32,000 nt of DNA from Kiritimatiellia bacterium (GTDB lineage: Bacteria > Verrucomicrobiota > Kiritimatiellia > SLAD01): positions 65,286-97,285 of the forward strand of contig SLKG01000037.1 of assembly GCA_007134735.1 (NCBI GenBank), written 5' to 3'. Both the position numbers and the translations under genes were made by a program. This document shows, piece by piece, positions 16,039-25,700 of the stretch. The notes beneath the pieces were generated by a model. The model was not told where the DNA came from, ran no database searches, and saw nothing but the letters and a program-made list of their open reading frames with translations. Position 1 is the first letter of the stretch. Each line of letters opens with the position of its first letter.

Positions 16039-16455
16039 TCATGCTTCATTTTGCATGAAATTTGTAGCATGGCGCCGCATGAAGTCCCCCACTGTTCCGC
16101 ATAAGAGGCGGTTCCCCATGTCCGGAAACGCCACCCATTCACCGGCGTCATGTTCTTCGCTTAACCGGAAATGGCCGCCGGTGATGCGGGCGTTCATGCA
16201 GAGGAGGACGACGTGTGCGGAAGGCATTTCGAATTCGGTGGCGCCGGCGAAGCCGATGACCTCAATTTCGTAGCCGGTTTCCTCGAGGGTTTCACGGAGA
16301 AGCGCCGTGACGAAATCCTCCCCGTGATCGACCTTGCCACCGGGCCATTCCCAGCATCCGGCGAAGCGTTTGTTGATGTTTGATCTTCGTAACAGCAGGC
16401 TTTGCCGGGCATCGTTCTGGATGATGGCCTTGACGGCCAGCCAATACGATTTCAT
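16039..16455 (-). CDS. NUDIX hydrolase
   Basis: Complete Nudix box G-x5-E-x7-RE-x2-EE-x-G is present in GGKVDHGEDFVTALLRETLEETGY. The ATG 16455..16453 lies 1 nt after the TGA (16459..16457) of the upstream gene. An AAAGG SD sits inside that gene's 3' end. Confidence 0.9.
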   Translation of the reverse strand: MKSYWLAVKAIIQNDARQSLLLRRSNINKRFAGCWEWPGGKVDHGEDFVTALLRETLEETGYEIEVIGFAGATEFEMPSAHVVLLCMNARITGGHFRLSEEHDAGEWVAFPDMGNRLLCGTVGDFMRRHATNFMQNEA

Positions 16456-16456
16456 G

Positions 16457-19033
16457 TCAACCTTTCTTGTGTTGCTTGGTTGAGGTGGGTTTGCGCGCCC
16501 GCTTTTCGGATCGCCTCACTTCCAGGCCCGCCCGGGCCAGAATTTTCGGAAATTCCTTGATCGCATTTCGGTCGTAATGCCGAACGTCATCGAGGCCGGG
16601 ATCGGACCAGGGGATCAGGAAGGGATGCGTCTTGTTTGCGTCGTTGCGGATCTGCCCGTAACGCCAGCCGGCCCGTATGCGTTCCACGTTCCAGCGGCCG
16701 TGTTCCATTTCGGCCATCCGCTCGATTTCTTCCTCGGTGAACACGATGTCCGCCCTTGGCCGTGCGGCCGGCCGGACGATGAATCCGCAGTTTTCCAGGA
16801 TCCGTCTCGCGTACCGGGCTTGTTCCCGGTTGGCCTGGCGGTAGGTTTCGTCCATCGCTTCCCATGGGCGCATGTTGGCGGGGAGGCGATGGGCGCTTTC
16901 CTCCACATAGCGGGCGTGAAAGGCCTGAGCCATCCGTTCCGTGGTGTTGGTGTCCAGCTCGCCGTCTCCCGGTCTGAGCAGGGCGTGGAAAGAGGCCCGG
17001 TCCATGGGAAACGGCATCAGATTAGGCACCCCGGTCCAAAGCGAATCCCGGTTGAGCGCGTCGGCGCTTCCTCCTGATCCCTGCGCGCTGACGATGCGGG
17101 CGCCCAGCGCCAGGGCTACCCGGTATTCCACCGCGCTGATGGGGCCGCCGCCGAATCCGATGCAGATCACGTCTTTTGGGGCGATGCCCTTGTCGAATAG
17201 GTCCTGCCAGCTTTTGAGGACCTGGTCCGGCGAGAAACCGGCCTCGCCGCAGGGCACGAGACGGTCATAGCGTTTGTCTTTCACTGCGTCGTGCGGCAGT
17301 TGGTCCGGGATATAGCCGATCAGTTCAAACCGTTTCTTTTTCGAGCGGTGGAGATCGGCCGCCGTTTTGCCTGCGCATCCCGGCACACCGGATTTGGTTC
17401 CACCGGAAATGACCAACCCGTCAAAAGTGGTTAATGCCTCGCTGATCAACGGCCGGATGATTCGGGTTATCTTTTTATCCAGCGATGCGGCGCCGCCGGC
17501 CAGGACGATGGCTTTGGGCGGCAGGGCGCCCAGCGCATCCGTATCCGCGCCGGCCCGGTCCGCCAGATCCAGTAGATCCAGCACCCAGCGATGATCCGCC
17601 GGGGCCTCCTCGCCCACATGCAGTCGCTCCACCCATTCCCGTTCCACCGCGAGCGCGTCCGTCGGAGCGCAATGAACGCCGGCCAGACAATAACGAATGC
17701 CCCGCGCATAATAACCCAGCGCATCCAAGGGTTGATCGAGCAACAGATGGAGGCGGCCGGCCGTAAACCAGGCTCGGGGCAGTTCGATCCCGGCTTCCGC
17801 ATGGCTTTGGCAGGTACGGATGCCCCCCCGAAGGGCGGTACGCATGCCCGCCGGCCGGGCATGGTCGCGTCGGCTGTAGATTTCGAAACCGAGCATATCG
17901 GCGAGGTAGTAGGGGTTTTCCGGTTCATGTTCGTGGGCCTGTCGGTGGTGTTGACGGGCGGCGGGCCATTCACTCCGCAGGGGTTCCAGCGCCCAGCCCA
18001 GCCGCGAGAGTGCGCGCGCATGCAGGCTTTCGCGTTTTCGCAGGTGCGGCACGAATGGGCATCCGCGTTCCCGGCATAGGGCCTCGGCTTTCTCCAATAA
18101 CGCCCGGCCGCGCCGGTATTCCTTCGATTTCGGTTTCCCACGATAAATCTTGCAGAGCGCGAAACCCAGATCCTGAAGCATTTCACAGCGGTTGGCGCCG
18201 GATGCCTTTTCATACGGCGCCAGTGTTCGCTCGACGGCCTTGTAATCACCGCATGCGGCGTGGAGCCGGCCCAGCGTCAACGCCAGGACAGGGCGTTTGG
18301 CCGTGTTGGGTTCATGATCCAGAATCAATTGTTGTACCTGGATTTCCCGCAGCACGGCATCCCGGGTTGCGTAGGATGCGTAATTGGCCAGCATGCCGTC
18401 AATGTCCTGCGCCATACGGTTATAGTTGCGGTCGCCTTCCTCCATCAGGGCGGCGAGCAGGTTGCCGGTCCGCTTCACCTCGGAGGACAGTTTGAGTGGA
18501 TTCTTGTAAATCCGGTCATGTAACGTGTCGGCCCAGGCATGTTGAAGCCAGGTGCGGACTTGAATTTCCGCCCGCCGGTTACCGATCGCTTGGATTTCAT
18601 TGGGCTTGAACCCGAGGGCAGCCGCCTTTTTCGGTATGAGCCGCACGATATAGTGCATGTCGCGATATCCGAACCGGTCGTCTCCCAGATTCAACCCTTT
18701 TTCGTCGGCCTCGAGGATTTCGAAATTCGACTCGATAAACGTGCGCACGGCCCGGACTTGTTCCAAGGTTTGTACGATCACCCGCGCTCCGCATAAATCG
18801 GTCAGATCGTGTACCGGATCCTTGTATTTTTGATGTTTCCGCACCGCCTTTTCGGCGAAACTTGATATCGTTTTGTCCCGTGCTTGAACCAGCGCATCGG
18901 GAATTGAAGCCGCGCAGGCGTGTTCCAGTATTCGGCGCAGAGCAACGGCGTGGGTGGCGTATCGCGGTTGTTCCCCGGCATACAATTTGATTTGACGCCG
19001 GTGTTCTGTCGGAGTGATACCCTTGGATGCCAT
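16457..19033 (-). CDS. RelA/SpoT-domain nucleotide pyrophosphokinase fused to TPR-like linker, SLOG (LOG/LSDAT-like) sensor and RyR-type C-terminal module
   Basis: - aa 25-180: RelA/SpoT synthetase motifs ARDKTISSFAEKAVRK, DLTDLCGARVIV, GYRDMHYIVRL and AEIQVRTWLQHAWADTLHDRIYK.
- aa 230-500: helical TPR-like region.
- aa 505-665: Rossmannoid SLOG-like motifs IVLAGGAAS, VISGGTKSGVPGCAG, LIGYIP, ICIGFGGGPISAVEY and QGSGGSADAL.
- aa 698-835: RyR-like region (MRPWEAMDETYRQANREQARY and EMEHGRWNVERIRAGWRYG..KTHPFLIPWSD).
- Start: I chose ATG 19033, which has AAAGGAGGGA 7 nt upstream. The track's 19156 start is a TTG. Confidence 0.85.
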   Translation of the reverse strand: MASKGITPTEHRRQIKLYAGEQPRYATHAVALRRILEHACAASIPDALVQARDKTISSFAEKAVRKHQKYKDPVHDLTDLCGARVIVQTLEQVRAVRTFIESNFEILEADEKGLNLGDDRFGYRDMHYIVRLIPKKAAALGFKPNEIQAIGNRRAEIQVRTWLQHAWADTLHDRIYKNPLKLSSEVKRTGNLLAALMEEGDRNYNRMAQDIDGMLANYASYATRDAVLREIQVQQLILDHEPNTAKRPVLALTLGRLHAACGDYKAVERTLAPYEKASGANRCEMLQDLGFALCKIYRGKPKSKEYRRGRALLEKAEALCRERGCPFVPHLRKRESLHARALSRLGWALEPLRSEWPAARQHHRQAHEHEPENPYYLADMLGFEIYSRRDHARPAGMRTALRGGIRTCQSHAEAGIELPRAWFTAGRLHLLLDQPLDALGYYARGIRYCLAGVHCAPTDALAVEREWVERLHVGEEAPADHRWVLDLLDLADRAGADTDALGALPPKAIVLAGGAASLDKKITRIIRPLISEALTTFDGLVISGGTKSGVPGCAGKTAADLHRSKKKRFELIGYIPDQLPHDAVKDKRYDRLVPCGEAGFSPDQVLKSWQDLFDKGIAPKDVICIGFGGGPISAVEYRVALALGARIVSAQGSGGSADALNRDSLWTGVPNLMPFPMDRASFHALLRPGDGELDTNTTERMAQAFHARYVEESAHRLPANMRPWEAMDETYRQANREQARYARRILENCGFIVRPAARPRADIVFTEEEIERMAEMEHGRWNVERIRAGWRYGQIRNDANKTHPFLIPWSDPGLDDVRHYDRNAIKEFPKILARAGLEVRRSEKRARKPTSTKQHKKG

Positions 19034-19127
19034 GAGTCGTTCCCTCCTTTCGAAGTGCCGTGCGAGCCATGTTGAGGGCGGGAAGAGTGTGATTTCGAGG
19101 CACCCCTCCGCCACGCAGAACGGTGAA

Positions 19128-19156
19128 ATCGTACCGGAAATATCCGGGGAAGACAA
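19128..19156 (-). promoter_or_regulatory. Candidate promoter for the RelA/SpoT-NUDIX operon
   Basis: Minus strand reads TTGTCT (19156..19151), a 17-nt spacer, then TACGAT (19133..19128), about 95 nt upstream of ATG 19033. Motif match only. Confidence 0.25.
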
Positions 19157-19277
19157 GCGGTCCCTGTCGCCGGTTCATTTCGTGCGTGGAGCATGACGCC
19201 GAAAAAAAATGTTGCATGGAATTCCCAATGATCTATCTTCTTTCCCGTCCTATGGGCGGAAGACCGCCGTTTCGGAC

Positions 19278-19305
19278 TTGCATCCGGAAGAAAAAACGTT
19301 ACATA
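19278..19305 (+). promoter_or_regulatory. Candidate promoter for the tRNA gene
   Basis: TTGCAT (19278..19283), a 16-nt spacer, then TACATA (19300..19305), about 16 nt upstream of the mature tRNA 5' end. The -10 register is ambiguous because of the run catatac. Confidence 0.3.
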
Positions 19306-19321
19306 TACGGTAGGCACTCAT

Positions 19322-19398
<77 letters not shown>

Positions 19399-19406
19399 AT
19401 TTAGAA

Positions 19407-19445
19407 GCAAGAAAGCCCTGTGTTTACAGGGCTTTCTTGCTTTTG
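19407..19445 (+). terminator. Rho-independent terminator after the tRNA
   Basis: Perfect 14-bp stem gcaagaaagccctg / cagggctttcttgc with a 6-nt loop tgttta, followed by TTTTG. Confidence 0.85.
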
Positions 19446-19705
19446 TGATTCTCCTCGCTCACACCCCCGCCTTCAAGTCGGAGATCCCAAACTCCCGGCA
19501 GAAGGGCTCATTTCGTCCGCCCACGTGTCACGGATACGTGAATAGGTTATTGTTCGCCATCCGCCACTTCGCTGTGATTCAACGAATATGACCCTTCAAC
19601 ATTCAAAACAATATCCCCCGTCAAAAGCACATCCACGGAAGCGATCTCGCCATTATCATAAAATGCAAATCCACGTTGTTGCATGAACCCCAGTGCGTGC
19701 CCTTC

Positions 19706-22700
19706 CTATTGAGGAATGAAGCGAAGCCGGATAAATAGGGGTTCGGAAAAAACCCATTCGGGTATTCGTATGCGGATTTCTTCGGTTTGATCGTCCCCCG
19801 TGGGGACCGGCGGATCCCGGTGGTAGACCGGCAAGGTTTCCAAGGCAACCCACGCGTCGTCCAGCTCCCGCGCTACCTCGACTTGATATTCCACACCCCG
19901 CTCCTCATGTATGAGCCGCCGATAGGTGTACGTGAGGTATTCCGTTTCCCCGTCCGTCATTATTCCCATCCGGGGCAGGGCGGGCTCGATCGCGTCGGTA
20001 CGATTCAGCCCGAGCGCATATTTGGCCAGATTGGCCCAGCCGTCATCATCCGGCATCGCATCCGGACCGCTGATGGCCGGGTCCTCCAGTTCCTCCGGAT
20101 CGAAATTATCGGACAACCATCGTTCATGGGGCAATTGCCCCCCTTGAAACCGCACCCGCATGATCCGGCCGGTGACCGTGCCCTCCACAAAATCCGCCAC
20201 CGCCCTTGCGGTATCGACCGTGAAGGTCAACGGTCCGGTGTATTCCGAATAGCGCCGGCCGTTGAATCCGACCGTCCCGTCGGAATCACGCACGTAATAC
20301 ACAGCATGCGCGCCCTTCATGTTCGCAAGAAAATCCGTGTCCTGGTCCGTAAAGAACCCGCCGCGGAATACATCATCCGGATGGAAGGTTTCCACGTCGA
20401 AATACAGGGCCACCCGATTGCCCGCATTGAAGTCATGTGCAAACGGATCCGCCCCATTGAGTCTCAGGAGCGCGTTGCCGCTTTCCACCGTCTGCGCGTA
20501 GGCCGGGGATCCCGGACGGCCGAATCCGAACGCGTACCAGAGTCCGTTAATGGAATCCGCTGTAAGAATGGACGATTCGAGAGCCACCTCACCTGAGCCG
20601 CTCAACAGCCCGGCCGTGCCGCTGCCCGACACATGGGTGCCGGGTTCAAGGATCACCGGCGCGGTCAGGTCGCCGTGTAGATGCACGGCGCCGGCTTCTA
20701 TGCGAAGCGTTCCCGTGAATGTATCGCCGCTTCCCGCCAGTCGCAGGATCCCGTCACCGGTTTTTGCGATCTCGTGCGCGCCTTTCAGCGCCCCCGAAAC
20801 GGCGAGGGTGTTGTTCGATCCCTCCACGTGCCATCCGCTGTCTCCCCGGACAATAACGGGTCCTGCGATGCGGGCGTAATGGGTTCCCGGTCCCGGCTCA
20901 TACCGCAGGGCGCCGCCGGAATCCGGTCCTCTCCCGGTCAGCTTCAACGGCCCACCGAAGGAATGGATCCGGGGATCATTTCCGGAAACCAGGCGCAATT
21001 GGGCCCCGGCTTTAACCAAAATCTGCGTTGATGCCGAAGGTGTGGCCGGTTCCGTTATTTGCAATACGCCGCTTTCGATCCGGGTTTCTCCCGTATAGGT
21101 CTTGCCCGGTCCAGTCAACGACGCCGTTCCGGGTCCGTCCTTGATCAGGGCCCCCGGCCCGCTCCAGCTTTCGCGCAACCGCAGTCCTCCGTATTCCGCA
21201 TGACCGCCCGTCGACTGCACTGTGAGACGCACGTCGGATTCCAGGAAAACCCCGCCCTGAACCCGGAATTCCACAAATCCCGTTCCTTCATCGGTCACGG
21301 TGACCGCCGCTTCATGGTTCGTGGAGGCAAAGTGCAGAGACGCGTGGCCGCCGGTATCCTGAATGCGATTGCGTCCGCCGTTTCCCGGTCTGTGTACGAT
21401 CAGGTGGCCGATCGTAATGTGATCGTTCAATTTCACGTCACGGCGATCGTTCGCGGGTTGGCGTATCACGGCCACGGTCGATGTGCCGTCGGGATAGGTA
21501 TCCGTGGTCCAATTGATCGCTTCGGCCCACGTGGCATCGTCCTGGGCCAACAACACGGGGATGTCGGAACCATTATCCGGAAGGTGGGCGATCGGATTCC
21601 CGTCGGCGGTCATGGTACCCGGCAGGCCCTCCTCAAAGACCGACGCATCCAAGAGCGCGCCGTCCGCGAGCGAGCGGACTTCGATGCGCCGTACCCCCGA
21701 GGACAGCGCGTTGGGGATCAACGCGCCCCAGAACCGCGGGTTTGTCGCGACCAGTTCCTCGTAGAAAAGCGCATAGCGTTCGTCGATGTCGCTCCCTGTC
21801 ATCTCGATGGGCGTGGCGGCCAGAGGACGGGAATGGCCCTGCTCGTCCTCGTACAGAACGACGAAATGACCGGGATCGAATTCCGATTTCCCCACAAGGC
21901 CCGTGGCCTCGTGGGCGCCCTCTCCGAATTCAAGGATCTCCACGCCGCCGGTTGTCGTCAGTAGGTGATGATAGGCCGTGCCGTCCGCGCCGTCGTTCAG
22001 CAGGATCCGCATGTTCAACGTGTTCCCGGGATCGAAGCGCCGGTTGCCCGTCGGTTCCGCGATAAACCATCCTTCGTACGTGCCGTCCTCATCCGTTACA
22101 AACGTCCCGTGCCGCTCGTCCAGGTCATCCGGCATGAAGCGCGGCGCATCCGTGTTGCGAATGAACGCATCGCCGTTTGTCTTTACGAAGATCATGTTGC
22201 CCGCACCGTCCTGATCGGGCGGATCGTCGAATGCCGCAACCCGGTTTCCATAGCGATAGATCGTGTTCGTTTCCAGCCCTTCCAATTTCAACCGATAGGC
22301 ATAGGGCACGCGGTTCAGGTTGCTGCCGTCCCGGTCCTGTTCCCCCTGGATAAAACGGGGCAACAGAATCTCCGTGAGGCGGACCGCGGTGAACCGGTTG
22401 CCGGCCGCCGGCTCGGTGTCTTCCGCTTCCGCCGACAACTGGAAGGCGCCCGCCCCGTCACCGATGTGCAGATCCCCGAAGAACGCAATCCCGTTGACGG
22501 CTTGTACCGAGCGAGTTCCCGAAAGCGTCCCGTCGCCGATAAGGGTGAGTTCGACGATACCTGCGAAATTGGTTACGATCATGCCTGCGGCATCTACGGC
22601 GCGAACGACGACCAGGCCCAACGGTTCCCCGCTCTGAACCACCGACGGATACGTGTCGAACAGTAGGTGGGCCACCGGTCCGGCCGGTGCGCACGTGACG

Positions 22701-25700
22701 GTGATGTCGTCCAACCGCAATTCCGCCCGTGGGCCCGTGTCGCCCCAGGCCCGGTAATATCGCCAGAGCAACTGAACATAGGGTTCACCCAGTGCCTCGG
22801 ACGGTAATTCCACCGGGCCGAACGCCTCGACATGACCGGCCACGTCATTCCGGACATATTCGAGGGGGCGATCCCGGCCATCCCGGACATCCATGAATGG
22901 GCCTTCCGTTCCGATCCGGTACTGCAGGCGAATCGCATAGGTCCGGTCATTGGGCGTCACCGTGCCCGCCATCCAGGCCACGCGACCCTCCGTTACCCCC
23001 GTTGTATCCACGGCCATCAGGGCTCCGCCCAGGTCGCGCTCCCGTCCCGTATTGATGAAGGAAAGACCCTGTTCCCCCAATGCATTAATCCGGGTGCGGG
23101 CCGTGTTGTTGTAGGGATAGCCGTGGCTCTCGTGATCATCCGGATGATAGTTCCCGGTCTCCAATGAATAGGCGTGGGACAGGGGAGTCCCGGCTCCCGG
23201 ATCGCTCTCCTCGCTCTGCAGGAACAGCATGTGTTCGGGATAATGACCGTCGGGTTCATCCGGATGCCATTCACTAAATACATAAGGCCCATTCGACAGG
23301 GCATGAGCCGATGGGTAAACCAGCAGATCAAAGGACGTCTGTGTCGGGGGATGTACATGATCGTCCGCCGCGATCGTAACCGTGGCGTTGCCGCGTTGAA
23401 GCGGATATACGGTCAGGGTGGATCCGTCAACCCCGGGATCCGCGACGTGGATATTGTCCGCGTGGGCGGTAAACGTCACGCCGTCCTTCTCCGCCACATG
23501 GAAAACGTTGGAGAGATTCACCACGGCGGGATCGCCGTTCTCGATCAGATACCGGCGCTCAATCGGCTCCTTCAGTCGGGGCGGCAGGTTGGCGGCATCC
23601 CACGCCCGCCCTTCCGCGGTAATATTATCGAAGCGGTGGTTTCCCGCCGGGCCTCCGTGGCCTTTCTCGAACGTAATGCGCAGCCCGAACTCGGCGTTGT
23701 TGTTCACCTCCGGAATTCCGGAGAAATCAAAGGTGTGCCGAGCGGGGATTTCGGTCACCGTCAAGCGGTCCCAATGCTGGTAATGGGTTCCATCAACCGT
23801 GTATTCAATCACCTGTGTGCCGGCCCCGGAAGAGGACCGGCGGGTTTCATAGTGCACAACCACATATTCGAAACCGGGTGTAGGCAATGCGATATGGATT
23901 TCCGCGTCCAGCGGACGGTTCACACGCAGATGGGAGCCGGCCGCATCGCCAAAGCGTGCATTTTCCCCGCTGAAATGCTCTCCGGTTCCGGGGAGGATGT
24001 CCGTGTGGGGTCCCGGTTCCACGGTCAGGCCGGACCCTTCCGCGAGCGAATAAGTCGGTCTCAGCAGATTCTTCTCGTCATTAAAATTCCAATAGTGGAT
24101 CAGGGAGGGTCGGGTCTCCAGTCCGCCCAGGGCTTTTACCGTCGGCGTACTCCAGTGTCCGTGCGCATTTCGGGTCCGGGCGGTCAGCAGGGCCGGGCCT
24201 TCCACGGACAGGGGCGCCGTATATTCCGTGCCCGCCACGCCTCCTCCCGGTGCGCGCGGATCGCGGCCGTCGAGCGTAAAGAAGATCGACCCCCCCGACG
24301 GACTTTCGAACCATATTTCAGAACCGTTCCCGTCGGCCACGGGCGGCGGCGGCAACATTCCCTCGTCTTGGCGTCGACGATCCATCCAGTTGGCTCGCGG
24401 GATTACCCAATCAATCAAACGCTGAATCTCATTCGTGTATTCATTCCCGACATATGGCCTGTCGGGCCACCGATCCAGGTTGCGGGCGGCGGCGGATTCA
24501 ATGGTATCGCAGGACCGGTTGATTTCTTCACCCATCGCACGAATCAACTCCTCCAGCGCTTCATCCGAGAAAACCGTTGCCCGCCATTCCGCCCAGCGAT
24601 CGTAAAACGCCTGCCTGAAATCCGGATCCAGGCACAGCCAGTCCCACCAGTCATCAGAGTGAAAGTAGGGGGTGGAATCTCTGGTTCCGTACCACGTGTC
24701 CCACCGGGAATCGCGCGGGTCATGAGATCCCATGGACCGGTCGAAATCCCAAATCGGACCGGCCTGCAAAAGCTGATTTTCGGGTTTGTGGAAATATGCG
24801 CTTAATCGAAGGCCATCAACGTTCTTTGCAAACGCGTTCAACAGCAGGTGGTCCACCCAGGAATCCCGGTCGATGTAATCCAGGTAATCCCGGGATTGAA
24901 AATTGCCGTCGCGATCCAAAACCAAAGCGTCCTCAAACGCCTGCACATACGATACGACGTAATCAACCTGCCGGGAGTGAATGCCGGCTTCGACATAGTT
25001 CGGATAGGGACCCCCATCCAGGCTGTGTATCTTGGGACGGGAAATCACGAGAGGGAAGGAATGAGGTTCGTCCGGGATGCGGCGATCGGTTTCCCACTCG
25101 TATTCGTCCACGGCGGCACGATCAATCTTCAGTATATAACCACCAGTCCAGGGACCCTTTACCGCTACGTCGATCGGTCCTTCCGGCGGGACTTCGTCCC
25201 GGTTGATATTGTGATGTCCCAAGCGGCCCGGCCCCTGCTTGATCCGTTCGATGATGGCATAGACCCCCACATAATCCTCTTCCGTTAAATCCTCGCCGTC
25301 ATGATTGACGTACACTTCCACAAAACGCGAATCGGGCGCCCAGCGTCCGCTTCGTCGGGACAGCTCATAGATCAAAGAATTACGAATAATGGCCCTGTCG
25401 TACCCATATCCCGGATAGAAAACCCAATCCGATTCGGGGCGCATCCCAAGGAGAGCCAAAGAAGTATCCCGGTCATATTCATCCCGGAATTCCACCGAGT
25501 ATGGTTTTTTGGGCCAATGCATCGAGCTGGATCCGCGATGACGGAGACCCTGTCGGACGGCCAGCTCCGGCCTGCGGGTTAGCGCGCTGACGCCTTCGGG
25601 GTCCCGGTCGAACAGAAAGAAGAACCCGTCGTGGCGGGGTTTCCCTTCCGGGGTCCGGGTCCGGTCATTTCGGTGCGGTCCCACCGGAGTGATTTCCGCG

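Noticed and set aside
16577-18495. ORFs 16577..17077, 17467..18249, 17591..18079 and 18010..18495 inside or opposite the RelA/SpoT-SLOG gene
   Set aside because: They are off-frame or antisense and R/P/G-rich. The annotated frame carries the RelA/SpoT, SLOG and RyR motifs.
19034-19156. 41-codon N-terminal extension of the synthetase gene (track start 19156); similarly 3026..3103 for the UbiA gene
   Set aside because: The 19156 start is a TTG with no SD, whereas ATG 19033 has AAAGGAGGGA at ideal spacing. The UbiA extension would overlap the upstream gene by 82 nt, whereas ATG 3025 gives a classic ATGA junction.
19787-24805. Long plus-strand ORFs (269, 301, 233 and 543 aa) opposite the giant gene
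   Set aside because: They are antisense shadows of a 2307-codon ORF with recognisable LTD, CotH and PATR domains. They have R/G/P-rich composition and no motifs.
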